Made by a program: the position numbers and the translations under genes. Positions 10,183 to 19,949 of a DNA stretch of 64,000 nucleotides are shown in pieces (the stretch's first letter is position 1; the number at the start of each line of letters is the position of its first letter). The notes beneath the pieces are model-generated. The model was not told where the DNA came from and ran no database searches. It saw only the letters and a list, made by a program, of their open reading frames with translations. Origin of the DNA: Alphaproteobacteria bacterium (GTDB lineage Bacteria; Pseudomonadota; Alphaproteobacteria; Bin95); the NCBI GenBank assembly GCA_964291285.2, contig OZ219787.1:2145666-2209665 (forward strand), written 5' to 3'.

Positions 10183-10963
10183 AGCTGGCGGACATGCCTT
10201 CCGAGGGGTCCATATGCGCGCCGTAGGGCGGGATCGGGTAGCGCAGCCCGACGCGGGAGAGCTTCTCCATGCCCTCGACGCCGCGCGCGAACTCCTCCGG
10301 CGGCATGGCGATCAGCATTTCGTCGTCCGCCACGCCCCCGTAGCGGCGCTCGGCATAGCAGGGGATCGAGATCGAGGTGTCGCGGGTGAGCAGCGCCTTG
10401 CCCCAGCTGTCGGCGCAGGCGCTCTCGCCGGTGATCGACATGTCGTAGCGCCGGTAGCGCTTCCATTGCAGGCCGTTGACGAACAGGATGATCTGGCCCG
10501 GCGTGCCGTAGAACAACACGATGTCGGGCGGGTCGAGGCGCGCAGCCCTGAGCGGCGAGACCACCGTGCCGACATATTTCCCGAAGGTCTGGCGCGGCAT
10601 GTGCGCCTGGTGCTCGCGCGCGGCCTCGCGGTCTGCGAACCACACGCCGTCCATATGCTCGCCCGAAAGCGTGCCCTCGTCCGGCAGGTCGATGCCCATG
10701 ACGCCGCCGCAATTGGACTGCGGGCGCACATTCTCCGCCGTGATGCCGAGCGTGAAGCCGGCGATCCGGCTCTGCGTGACAAGCTGACAGGTGGTGTGGA
10801 AGCGCCCCGGCTTCGGGCGGCGCAGCCCCGGCACCGTCTCCATCTCCTCCAGGCTTTCGTACTGCTTCATGCCGATCGGCAGCGTGCGGATCTTCAGCAG
10901 GTCCTGCAGCTTGACGGCAAGCGTGCGGAGTTCGGCAGCGCCGACGGCGGTTTCTTCGCTCAT
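10175..10963 (-). CDS. DUF169 family protein
   Basis: Conserved Cys pattern (TTCQ, SNCG, ESACAD, PCYAERRYG), PDIVLFYGTPGQ. Confidence 0.75.
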   Translation of the reverse strand: MSEETAVGAAELRTLAVKLQDLLKIRTLPIGMKQYESLEEMETVPGLRRPKPGRFHTTCQLVTQSRIAGFTLGITAENVRPQSNCGGVMGIDLPDEGTLSGEHMDGVWFADREAAREHQAHMPRQTFGKYVGTVVSPLRAARLDPPDIVLFYGTPGQIILFVNGLQWKRYRRYDMSITGESACADSWGKALLTRDTSISIPCYAERRYGGVADDEMLIAMPPEEFARGVEGMEKLSRVGLRYPIPPYGAHMDPSEGMSASYG

Positions 10964-11042
10964 TTCGGGAGGGCTCCCCTTGCGGCGGTAGGCGCGCTCA
11001 TCATAGCGTCTCGCCGGAGTTACGCGAGGAAGGAACGCTCCC

Positions 11043-11366
11043 ATGATCTTCGACCACCGCATCTATACCTGCCGCCCCGGCACGGTGCCCAAGGCGATGG
11101 CCCTCTACGAGGAGCACGGCTACCCCGTGCAGACCCGCCATCTCGGAGAGCCGGTGCTCTACGGCATCACCGAGACGGGGCCGATCAATACCTATGTCCA
11201 TGTCTGGGCCTATGAGGACGCGGCCGACCGCGCGAGCAAGCGCGCCGCCATGCAGGCCGACCCGGAGTGGCAGGCCTATCTCGAGCGTTCCGGCGAGGCA
11301 GGCTATCTGCTCAGCCAGGAGAACCGCATCCTGCAGGCCGCGCCGTTTTTCAAGCCGAAGCGCTAG
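11043..11366 (+). CDS. NIPSNAP family protein
   Basis: R.YT..PG, G.IN...HVWAYE..ADR...R....DPEW. Confidence 0.9.
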   Translation: MIFDHRIYTCRPGTVPKAMALYEEHGYPVQTRHLGEPVLYGITETGPINTYVHVWAYEDAADRASKRAAMQADPEWQAYLERSGEAGYLLSQENRILQAAPFFKPKR

Positions 11367-11484
11367 GCACAACAATCCATCCAGTCGCGGGAAGAGTTGC
11401 GGCGGCCCGCCTTTCGGCGCAGCATGGGCTGGCCGCCGCGACGCCCCGTCCTCGTTGTCGCGGACGACGGGGAGCCTCGCCGCC

Positions 11485-11991
11485 ATGCAAGACAGAACGA
11501 CAGTCCCGGCAAGCCGTTTCCGGCTTCGGGGAAGTCTCACCGGCATCTGCCGCGCGGGGCGGCGCATCCTGCTCCCGGCTCTTTTGCCGATGTGCCTGGC
11601 CGCCGCGCCGGCGATTGCCGGAGACCGCCCGGATACGCCGGAAAACCGTGCGGAGGCGGCGAAGGCTTATCTCAAGCTCGTGCCGGTGGAGCGGATGGCG
11701 GACCGCGTAGCAGGCAATGTCCTGCTGCTGATCCCGGAAGAGAAACGTGGACTCTTCCGGCAGGGTGTGTCGGAGGGACTCGCCGCGGCCGACATCGAGA
11801 CCATCATGGTGAAGATCGTCGCCAAGCACTTCACCGCGGCCGAGATCGAGGCCATGACCGCGTTTTACGGTTCGGCCGAAGGGCAGGCCATCGAGAAGAA
11901 GCTGAAAGGCTACATGGCGGATATCAGCCTTCATGTCATCCCGATCATTCAAAAGTCCGTCACCGAAGTGATGGAGAAGCACTTCGAATAG
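11485..11991 (+). CDS. DUF2059-like exported protein (start uncertain)
   Basis: Signal-like LLPALLPMCLAAAPAIA; HFTAAEIEAMTAFYGSAEGQAI motif. Confidence 0.65.
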   Translation: MQDRTTVPASRFRLRGSLTGICRAGRRILLPALLPMCLAAAPAIAGDRPDTPENRAEAAKAYLKLVPVERMADRVAGNVLLLIPEEKRGLFRQGVSEGLAAADIETIMVKIVAKHFTAAEIEAMTAFYGSAEGQAIEKKLKGYMADISLHVIPIIQKSVTEVMEKHFE

Positions 11992-12028
11992 GCGCGGCCC
12001 CAGCCGCCCTTCAGGAAAGGCCGGAAAA

Positions 12029-14344
12029 ATGGACCAATTCGGCATCGGCCAGCCGGTGCGGCGCAAGGAAGACGCGCGCTTCGTGACCGGCGCCGGGCGC
12101 TTTACGGACGATATCGACATCGCCGGCCAGGCCCACGCGGTCGTGCTCCGCAGCCCGCACGCCCACGCCCGCATCCTGGACCTCGACACGCGCGCGGCCG
12201 AGGCGGCACCCGGCGTCGTGGCCGTGCTCACCGGGCAGGATGCGGCGGCCGACGGCCTGCCCATGCTGCCCTGCCAGGTGGACGTGCCAGGTGCGAACGG
12301 CGCGCGCATGGCCGATCCGGGCCGCGCAGTGCTCCAGACGGACCGGGTGCGCTATGTCGGCGATCCGATCGCCTTCGTGGTAGCGGAGACGGCGGAGCAG
12401 GCGCGCGACGCCGCCGAACTCATAGAGGTCGAATACGAGATGCTGCCGGCCGTCACCACGGCCGCCGAGGCGGATGCGCCGGGGGCGCCGGTCCTCCACG
12501 AACCGGTAGGCTCCAATCTTTGCGTGCACTGGCTCAGCCATGACGGCACCGAGGTCGAGGCGGCGTTCGCGCGGGCGGCGAAGACCGTGAGGGTGGAACT
12601 CGCCAACAACCGCGTCGTCGGCAACCCGATGGAGCCGCGCGTCGCCATCGGGCAGTGGGAGGCGGATACAGAGCGCTATCTGCTGCATTCGCCGACCCAG
12701 GGGGCCGTCCGGGTGCGCAACGGCCTCGCCGACATCGCCTTCGACATGCCGAAGGACCGGGTGCGCGTCGTCTCGCCCGATGTCGGAGGCGGCTTCGGGC
12801 TGCGCGGCAAGCTGTTCCCGGAAACGGTGATGGTGCTCTGGGCCGCCCGGCGCCTCGGAAGGCCGGTCAAGTGGCGGGCGGACCGGCAGGAGACCATGCT
12901 CGCCGACCCGCACGGCCGCGACCATCTGACAGTGGCGGAAATGGCCTTCGACGATGAGGCGCGTATTCTCGGTATGAAGGCTCACACGCTCGCCAATCTC
13001 GGCGGCTACCTCTCCGATTTCGGGCCGAGGATCCCGACCGTGGCCGGCGCCCGCATCGCAGGGACCGTCTATCACGTGCCGGCCATGCAGCTTTCCGTGC
13101 GCTGCCTCTTTACCAACACCGTGCCGACGGACGCCTACCGCGGCGCGGGCCGGCCGGAAATCTGCTACCAGATGGAGCGCCTGCTGGACGCGGGCGCCGA
13201 GGTTTTCGGCCTTTCGCCCGCCGAAATCCGCCGCCGCAACTTCATCCGGCCGGATGCATTGCCTTATACTAACCGGGTCGGCATGGTCATCGATTCGGGC
13301 GCCTTCGCCGAGACTCAGGAACAGGCTCTGGAGCGCGCCGATGTCGCCGGCTTCGACCGGCGCCGGGCGGAGTCGGAAGCCGCCGGCAAGCGTCGCGGTC
13401 TCGGCCTCGGCTACTATATTGAGGCCTCGGGCGGCGCGCCGGTGGAACAGGCGCAGGTCCGCGTCGAAGAGGATGGCAGCGTCTCCCTCATCATGGGCAC
13501 CTTCAGCCACGGCCAGGGCCATGAGACCGCCTTCGCCCAGATCGTCCACCAGAAGCTTGGCATCGCGCTCGACGATGTCCGGCTCCTGCAGGGCGACACG
13601 GCGTTCGTCGCCTTCGGCAACGGCACCGGCGGCTCGCGCTCCTCGCAGATGGGCGGCGTCTCCGTCTCGCGCGCCTGCGCGCAGATCGTCGAGAAGGCCT
13701 CGCGCATCGCCGCGCACCGGCTGGAGGCGGCACCCACCGACATCGAGTTCGCGGACGGCGGGTTCCGCGTGGCAGGCACGGACCTTGCGGTCTCGCTGGC
13801 CGAGGTCGCGCGGCTCGCGCACGACCCGGCGGCGCTGCCGGAGGGTGAGGAGCCGGGCCTCGACGAGACCTGCCGCTACCAGCGCCCGACCGAGTGCAAC
13901 TTCCCGAACGGCTGCCATGTCTGCGAGGTGGAGGTGGACCCGGAGACCGGCCGGGTCGAGGTGGTGAAATACACCGCCGTGGACGATTGCGGCATCGTCA
14001 TCAACCCGCTGCTGGCGGCGGGCCAGGTGCATGGCGGCGTCGGCCAGGGGCTGGGCCAGGCGCTGCTGGAGCACACGGCCTACGAGGCGGGGAGCGGCCA
14101 GTTCCTCGCCGGCTCCTTCATGGACTACTGCATGCCGCGCGCCGGCGATTTCCCAGAGATCGATGTGGGCTTCAACCCGGTGCCGAACCCGTCGAACGAG
14201 CTCGGCGTCAAGGGCATCGGCGAGGGCGGTGCCTGCGGCGCGCCGCCCGCGATCACCGCCGCCGTCGCCGACGCGCTCGGCATCTCCCATATCGACATGC
14301 CGATCACCCCGGAGAAGGTCTGGCGGGCGCTGAACGGCGCCTAG
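12029..14344 (+). CDS. xanthine dehydrogenase-family molybdopterin-binding subunit (CoxL-like, form II type)
   Basis: RKEDARFVTG, VGGGFG, AYRGAGRPE, GQGHET, GVKGIGEGG. Confidence 0.9.
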   Translation: MDQFGIGQPVRRKEDARFVTGAGRFTDDIDIAGQAHAVVLRSPHAHARILDLDTRAAEAAPGVVAVLTGQDAAADGLPMLPCQVDVPGANGARMADPGRAVLQTDRVRYVGDPIAFVVAETAEQARDAAELIEVEYEMLPAVTTAAEADAPGAPVLHEPVGSNLCVHWLSHDGTEVEAAFARAAKTVRVELANNRVVGNPMEPRVAIGQWEADTERYLLHSPTQGAVRVRNGLADIAFDMPKDRVRVVSPDVGGGFGLRGKLFPETVMVLWAARRLGRPVKWRADRQETMLADPHGRDHLTVAEMAFDDEARILGMKAHTLANLGGYLSDFGPRIPTVAGARIAGTVYHVPAMQLSVRCLFTNTVPTDAYRGAGRPEICYQMERLLDAGAEVFGLSPAEIRRRNFIRPDALPYTNRVGMVIDSGAFAETQEQALERADVAGFDRRRAESEAAGKRRGLGLGYYIEASGGAPVEQAQVRVEEDGSVSLIMGTFSHGQGHETAFAQIVHQKLGIALDDVRLLQGDTAFVAFGNGTGGSRSSQMGGVSVSRACAQIVEKASRIAAHRLEAAPTDIEFADGGFRVAGTDLAVSLAEVARLAHDPAALPEGEEPGLDETCRYQRPTECNFPNGCHVCEVEVDPETGRVEVVKYTAVDDCGIVINPLLAAGQVHGGVGQGLGQALLEHTAYEAGSGQFLAGSFMDYCMPRAGDFPEIDVGFNPVPNPSNELGVKGIGEGGACGAPPAITAAVADALGISHIDMPITPEKVWRALNGA

Positions 14345-14393
14345 CCCGGCCCCGGTTGAAAGGAGCCTGTCGGCCGGCGTCCGGGCCCTGCGG

Positions 14394-15611
14394 TCAGGCG
14401 CCGAGTTCGCGCTTCAGGTTGCGGTCCACGGCGTCGAGGAAGCCGGCGGTGCTGAGCCAGCCCTGGTCCGGCCCGGCCAGCAGCGCCAGGTCCTTGGTCA
14501 TCTCGCCGCCTTCCACCGTCCCGATGCAGACCCGCTCTAGGGTACGGGCGAACTCGGAGACATCGGGCGTCCCGTCGAACTGGCCGCGATAGTCGAGGCC
14601 GCGCGTCCAGGCGAAGATCGAGGCGATGGAGTTGGTCGAGGTCTCGTTGCCCTGCTGGTGCTGGCGGTAGTGGCGGGTGACGGTGCCATGCGCTGCCTCG
14701 GCCTCGATGGTCTTGCCGTCCGGCGTCATCAGCACCGAGGTCATGAGGCCCAGCGAGCCGAAGCCCTGGGCCACCGTGTCGGACTGCACGTCGCCGTCAT
14801 AGTTCTTGCAGGCCCAGACATAGCCGCCTTCGAGCTTCATGGCCTGCGCCACCATGTCGTCGATCAGCCGGTGCTCGTACCAGAGCCCGGCGGCCTCGAA
14901 GCGGTCCTTGAACTCGTTCTCGAACACCTCCGCGAACAGGTCCCGGAAACGCCCGTCATAGGCCTTCAGGATCGTGTTCTTGGTGGACATGAAACAGGGA
15001 TAGTTGCGCATCAGCGCGTAGTTGAAACAGGAGCGCGCGAAGCCCCGGATCGACTCGTCGAGATTGTACATCGACATGGCGATGCCGCCGCCGGGGAAGT
15101 CGAACACCTCGCGTTCGATCGCCTCGCCGCCGCCCTCCGGCTCGAAGCGGATGGTGAGCTTGCCCTTTCCCGGCACGACGAAATCGGTCGCGCGATACTG
15201 GTCGCCATAGGCGTGGCGGCCGATGATGATTGGCTTCGCCCAGCCCGGCACCAGGCGCGGCACGTTCGAGCAGATGATCGGCTCGCGGAAGACGGTGCCG
15301 TTGATGATGTTGCGGATCGTGCCGTTGGGCGAGCGCCACATGGCCTTGAGGCCGAATTCCTCGACCCGGTCCTCGTCCGGCGTGATCGTCGCGCATTTGA
15401 CGCCGACGCCGTATTTCTTGATCGCATTGGCCGAGTCGATGGTGATTTGGTCGTCGGTCTCGTCGCGCTTCTGGATCGACAGGTCGTAATATTTCAGGTC
15501 GATATCGAGATAGGGCAGGATCAGCTTTTCCTTGATGAACTCCCAGATGATCCGCGTCATCTCATCGCCGTCGAGCTCGACGACGGGGGTTGCAACCTTG
15601 ATCTTGCTCAT
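14394..15611 (-). CDS. icd: NADP-dependent isocitrate dehydrogenase
   Basis: [41 protein letters not shown]. Confidence 0.97.
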   Translation of the reverse strand: MSKIKVATPVVELDGDEMTRIIWEFIKEKLILPYLDIDLKYYDLSIQKRDETDDQITIDSANAIKKYGVGVKCATITPDEDRVEEFGLKAMWRSPNGTIRNIINGTVFREPIICSNVPRLVPGWAKPIIIGRHAYGDQYRATDFVVPGKGKLTIRFEPEGGGEAIEREVFDFPGGGIAMSMYNLDESIRGFARSCFNYALMRNYPCFMSTKNTILKAYDGRFRDLFAEVFENEFKDRFEAAGLWYEHRLIDDMVAQAMKLEGGYVWACKNYDGDVQSDTVAQGFGSLGLMTSVLMTPDGKTIEAEAAHGTVTRHYRQHQQGNETSTNSIASIFAWTRGLDYRGQFDGTPDVSEFARTLERVCIGTVEGGEMTKDLALLAGPDQGWLSTAGFLDAVDRNLKRELGA

Positions 15612-15737
15612 ATGCGTGCCGCTCCCGGCGTGCTTGTCGGCCGCCGAAGGCTTGGCCGTACCGTGTTGAAAGGAAGGCCCGCAACATAGGCCCGCGCCAG
15701 CGGAGGCGCAAGCAGGGCGCCAGCAGGCCGCTTTGCG

Positions 15738-16958
15738 TTATGGCGGCCCGGCGGCGCGGAAGCGGATCGGCATGGAGACGGTGCCGCGCAGGCTCACCCC
15801 GTCGCGCCAGTCGAGCCGGTCCGTTGTGATCCCGATGTCCTGCATCGCCGCCAGCAGGCGCGGGAAGGCCAGCGCCGCCTCCAGCCTCGCGAGCGGCGCG
15901 CCGACGCAGAAATGAATGCCGAAGCCGAAGGCGATCTGCCGGCCCTCCCGGCGCGCGATGTAGAAGCGCTCCGGGTCCGCGAACGCCTCCGGGTCGCGGT
16001 TGGCGGCGTTCAGCATCAGGAAGACGCGTTCGCCGGCCCGGATGCGCCGGCCGCGAATCTCCATGTCCTCGGCCGCGACCCGGGAGACAGCCGGGGCGGG
16101 CGAGTCGAAGCGCAGCATTTCCTCCACCGCCGCCTCCGCGCGCTCCGGCTCCCGGCGCAGCAGGTCCTGCTGGCCGGGATGGTCGATCAGGCGCATCAGG
16201 CCGTTGGCGAGCAGGCCGGTGGTCGTCTCGTGGCCGGCGAAGAGCAGCAGGATGCAGTTCGCCACGAGGTCGTCGTCGGAGAGGCCCGGACTCGCGGCAA
16301 GCTCGGAAATGAGATCATCGGCCGGGCGGCAGCGGCGTTCCTTCAGCAGCTTGCGGAAAGTCCCGTCGAGGCCGGCGACAGCGGCCTCGGCGCGAAGATG
16401 CTTGTCGGGTGCGGTCTGCGAGGAACCGACGAACAGGGCCAAGTCATGACTCCAGCGCTGGAAATCGTCGAGGCGATCCAGCGGCGCGCCAAGGATCTCC
16501 ATGATGACGCCGGCCGGCAGCGGATAGGCGAAGTCGGCGACGAAATCCATCGACCCGCCGTCCAGCGCCGGCCCGAGCAGAGCGTCGATCCGCCGTGCGA
16601 TGCGGGGCGCCATCGCGCCGAGCGCGGCGGTGGTGAAGCGGCCGTTCAGATGGGCGCGAATGCGGGTGTGCTCGGGCGGGTCGAGGAAGACAGCCCAGCG
16701 TCCGAGTGCGCCTTCGCTCTGCTGCAACTGCCGGCGGCGTGCGGGATCGAGCCCCTGGAAATAGGCCGCCATGCGCTCGGCCGAGAACCGTCGGTCGCGC
16801 TGCGCGGCGAGGCAGTCGTCGTAGCGTGTCAGCAGCCAGGCCTTCAGCCGCCGGCTCCAGGCGACAGGCGCCTCGGCACGCAGGCGGGCAAGCGCGGGGT
16901 AGGGGTCGGCGATGGTCGCCGGATCGGTCGGGTCGTAAATCTCGTCTATGGCCGTCAT
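15738..16958 (-). CDS. cytochrome P450
   Basis: DPPEHTRIR, AGHETT, EEMLR (ExxR), FGFGIHFCVG heme-binding motif. Confidence 0.93.
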   Translation of the reverse strand: MTAIDEIYDPTDPATIADPYPALARLRAEAPVAWSRRLKAWLLTRYDDCLAAQRDRRFSAERMAAYFQGLDPARRRQLQQSEGALGRWAVFLDPPEHTRIRAHLNGRFTTAALGAMAPRIARRIDALLGPALDGGSMDFVADFAYPLPAGVIMEILGAPLDRLDDFQRWSHDLALFVGSSQTAPDKHLRAEAAVAGLDGTFRKLLKERRCRPADDLISELAASPGLSDDDLVANCILLLFAGHETTTGLLANGLMRLIDHPGQQDLLRREPERAEAAVEEMLRFDSPAPAVSRVAAEDMEIRGRRIRAGERVFLMLNAANRDPEAFADPERFYIARREGRQIAFGFGIHFCVGAPLARLEAALAFPRLLAAMQDIGITTDRLDWRDGVSLRGTVSMPIRFRAAGPP

Positions 16959-17050
16959 CCGCCCAGCGTTCCTTGCGGTCGCGGTGAGCATGGCCACTGG
17001 ACCCGCCCATCGCAAGCCGCCGGCCGTCTCCGGCTTCTCCCGCGCCTCTT

Positions 17051-17095
17051 CCGCGTTTCGCGCGGCCCTCGCCCAACCTTCTCCCCGGGGGAGGG
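17051..17095. repeat. REP-like palindrome, related to 23091-23137 (opposite orientation)
   Basis: CCGCGTTTCGCGCGGCCCTCGCCCAACCTTCTCCCCGGGGGAGGG resembles the reverse complement of CCCTCTCCCTCGGGGAGAGGGCTGGGTGAGGGCCGCGCGAAGCGCGG. Confidence 0.7.
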
Positions 17096-17220
17096 CTTTC
17101 TTCGGATGCAACCGCTCCGTATCCCCATAACTCTCCCTTCCCGCTCGGCGGGAGGGGCCGGAGGCGGGCCAATCTCTCCGCGCGGCGCCGCCTTGCGGCC
17201 GGAGAGCCACACTCCTCTTG

Positions 17221-17315
17221 CGTCACCCCGGACGGCGTGCCAGTGCCGAGCCGGGGCTTCCGGACGAAGGGAGGCCCTTGCTGCACGAGGCCCCGGATCG
17301 GGGTCCAGGGTGGCC
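17221..17315. repeat. degenerate RPE/REP-like element related to 51615-51745
   Basis: CGTCACCCCGG...CCCCGGATCGGGGTCC shared with the 51.6-kb element. Confidence 0.55.
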
Positions 17316-17351
17316 AAATGGGGCGCGGAGCGCGGCGTGGCAGGGCCGGAT

Positions 17352-17446
17352 TGGCGGAGGAGAGTGGGAGTCGAACCCACCTGGCAGCGATACGCCGCCG
17401 CAGCGGTTTTGAAGACCGAGCCGGCCACCGGACCGGATTCCCCTCC
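17352..17446 (-). tRNA. selC: tRNA-Sec (anticodon UCA)
   Basis: 95 nt; 8-bp acceptor stem GGAGGGGA/UCUCCUCC, 6-bp D stem with 4-nt loop, CUUCAAA loop, long variable arm, GUGGG-UUCGACU-CCCAC, GCCA end. Confidence 0.93.
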
Positions 17447-17481
17447 GCAACCCGATTAGTGGCAAGTCCGGACGGGGCGGG

Positions 17482-18477
17482 TCAAGCGACGAAGAGCGGG
17501 CGCAGCCTCGCCTTCTCCTCCGGACCGCACCAGGCGCCTTCCAGCGCGGCGGCTGCAAGCTTGCAAATCTCGGCGCGGCTGAAGCCGAACACGTCCATGA
17601 GCACGGCATATTCCCCGGCGAGGCTGTTGTGGAACATGCCCGGATCGTCGGTGTTGACCGTGATGTTGAGCCCGCGCTCCCAGTAGCGGCGCACCGGATG
17701 GTCCTCGATCCGCCCGATGACGCCGGTGGCGAGGTTGGAGAGCGGGCAGAGTTCCAGCACGACGCCGCTCTCAGCCAGGAGATCGACGACGGCCTCGTCC
17801 TCCTCGGCGCGCAGCGCATGGCCGATGCGGTCCACCCCGAGCGCCTCGACCGCGCCGCGGACGCTCGCCGCACCGGCCGCCTCTCCGGCGTGGGCGCTGG
17901 TCCTGAGCCCCGCCCTGCGGGCCTCTTCATAGACCGGCGCAAAGGGTTCGGGCGGATAGAGATGCTCCGAGCCGCCGATGCCGATGCCGGGAATGCCGGC
18001 GTCGCCCGCAACCTCGACGATCTCCGCCAGCGTGACGGCCGCGTTTTCGGGCCCGAGGTCGCGGACGAGATCGGCAATCAGGTAAAGCATCACCTCCGGC
18101 ACCCGGTCGAAGCCGCTGCGGATGGCCATGGCGAGGCGGGCGGGCGTCAGGCCCCGGTCCGCGAACCGGGCGGGCGAGAAGAACAGCTCCGCATAGCGGA
18201 TGTTCTGGCGCGCAAGGTCCGTCGCGACGGCTTCGGCAATAAAGGTGAAGTCGTCATAGCTCCTGAGAAATCCGTTCTTCCAAATCCAGCTATCGATGAA
18301 GGCCGGGAAATCGGGATAGGTCAGGCGCTCCCTCAGCGCTTCCACGGTCGGGATGGCGGGGTCCCCGCCGGCGGCCCGGATCAGCTCGAACAGCGCCGGC
18401 AGCGGAATGGCGCCTTCCAGATGCAGGTGCAGCTCCACCTTCGGCAAGGCGGCGAGCCAGTCGTCACGCTCCGTCAT
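17482..18477 (-). CDS. add: adenosine/adenine deaminase family protein
   Basis: LPKVELHLHLEG, AHAGE, RIGHA, CPLSN, NTDDP. Confidence 0.9.
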   Translation of the reverse strand: MTERDDWLAALPKVELHLHLEGAIPLPALFELIRAAGGDPAIPTVEALRERLTYPDFPAFIDSWIWKNGFLRSYDDFTFIAEAVATDLARQNIRYAELFFSPARFADRGLTPARLAMAIRSGFDRVPEVMLYLIADLVRDLGPENAAVTLAEIVEVAGDAGIPGIGIGGSEHLYPPEPFAPVYEEARRAGLRTSAHAGEAAGAASVRGAVEALGVDRIGHALRAEEDEAVVDLLAESGVVLELCPLSNLATGVIGRIEDHPVRRYWERGLNITVNTDDPGMFHNSLAGEYAVLMDVFGFSRAEICKLAAAALEGAWCGPEEKARLRPLFVA

Positions 18478-18710
18478 TCAGCCAGTCCTTCCGACGACGG
18501 GCCCGGCGGCGTCCCTGGCCCGTCGGGATTGACCGCCAGGAACGCCGCCGCCAGCGCCAGGAAGACCGCGAGCGCCAGCGCGAGGCGGCGGCGCTGCCAT
18601 GCCGTGTCGGTGTGCGGGCGCTTCTTTGCGCGTACGAGCTTCACCCCTGCATCCACCGCAATGCCGAGCGCGATGAGGACGACAAGGGCGAGAATCTGGT
18701 GAAGCGCCAT
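18474..18710 (-). CDS. small two-TM hypothetical membrane protein
   Basis: 78 aa, two hydrophobic helices, stop overlaps add start, fills the gap in the operon. Confidence 0.55.
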   Translation of the reverse strand: MALHQILALVVLIALGIAVDAGVKLVRAKKRPHTDTAWQRRRLALALAVFLALAAAFLAVNPDGPGTPPGPSSEGLAE

Positions 18711-18718
18711 CGCCCCGC

Positions 18719-19846
18719 TCAGGTGTCGGGGGCGAATACGTCGCGCGTATGCGCGCCGAGCGCAGGCGCCGCGCTGCGGACCGGCGGCCGCTCGCCGTCC
18801 AGGCTCACCGGCAGGCCGAGCAGGGGATAGCCGGTTTCCGGCTCCGTCAGCATGGCGCCGAGCGCCGCCGTCTGCGGATCGTCGGCCGCCTCGCTCACCT
18901 TGTTGATCGGCGCATGGGGCACGCCCGCCGCCTCCAGCGCCGCCTGCCATGCGGCGCGCGGCCGGGTCAGCAGGGCGAGCTGGATGAGCGGGATCAGCGC
19001 CGCGCGGTTCGTCAGCCGGTCCCGCACCGTGGCGAAGCGGGCGTCCCTGCCCCATTCCGGCCGGCCCAGCACGGCGCAGAGCCGCTGGTAGAGCCGGTCA
19101 TTGCCGGCCGCGATCATGACCGGGTCGGTCGCCGTCCCGAACACCTGGTAGGGGGTCAGCATCGAGTTGCCATTGCCCTGGCGCTCCGGCTCGCGGCCGG
19201 TGAACAGATAGTCGGAAAGCGGCTGATAGACCCAGCCGAGGCCGGTCTCGAAGAGCGAGACATCGACCCGCCCGCCCCTGCCGGTCCGCTCCCGCCGGCG
19301 GAGCGCGGCAAGGATGCCGATGACGGCCCACATCGCGGTGCCCGGATCGACGATCGAGACGCCGGCGCGCATGGGCGGCCCCTCCACCGGCCCGTTCATC
19401 GCCATGACGCCGGCATAGGCATGGGCGAGCGGCTCGTATCCGGGCTTCGAGGCAAGCGGCCCGGTGCGCCCGAACGCGCCGACCTCGCAATAGACGAGGC
19501 GCGGATTGCGGGCCTCGAGCGCCGCATGGCCGATGCCCAGGGTTTCGGCGAGGCCGGGGCGCAGATTGTGAAGCAGCACATCCGCCCGCTCGACGAGCTC
19601 AAGGAAGCGGGCGAGCGCCGCCTCCTCCTTGAAGTCCACCACCGCCGAGCGCTTGTTGCGGTTGAGTATGTGGAAGGCGAGCGGGTGGCGCTCGCCGTCT
19701 CTCTCGACGAACCAGAAGCGGGCGTCGTCGCCGCCCGGCTTCTCGATCTTGATGACGTCGGCGCCGAGATCGGCGAGGATCGTGCCCGCATAGGGGCCGG
19801 CGATGTTCTGGCCGATCTCGATGACGGTGAGGCCGGAAAGCGGCAT
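18719..19846 (-). CDS. CaiB/BaiF family III CoA-transferase
   Basis: IAGPY...LADLGADVIKIEKPGGD, NRNKRS, APALGAHT. Confidence 0.92.
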   Translation of the reverse strand: MPLSGLTVIEIGQNIAGPYAGTILADLGADVIKIEKPGGDDARFWFVERDGERHPLAFHILNRNKRSAVVDFKEEAALARFLELVERADVLLHNLRPGLAETLGIGHAALEARNPRLVYCEVGAFGRTGPLASKPGYEPLAHAYAGVMAMNGPVEGPPMRAGVSIVDPGTAMWAVIGILAALRRRERTGRGGRVDVSLFETGLGWVYQPLSDYLFTGREPERQGNGNSMLTPYQVFGTATDPVMIAAGNDRLYQRLCAVLGRPEWGRDARFATVRDRLTNRAALIPLIQLALLTRPRAAWQAALEAAGVPHAPINKVSEAADDPQTAALGAMLTEPETGYPLLGLPVSLDGERPPVRSAAPALGAHTRDVFAPDT

Positions 19847-19949
19847 GGGCGGCTGCGCTCCTGCTGTTCCCGCCGGTGCGCGGGGCGGAAAGCCTTGACC
19901 CCGGCGCCGGCTGGCGATTCGATGGCCGGGACCTTAGCAGGGGCGTTTC

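Noticed and set aside
11390-11480. Two GC hairpins between the NIPSNAP and DUF2059 genes as a riboswitch
   Set aside because: No recognisable aptamer consensus; such stems are expected at this GC content
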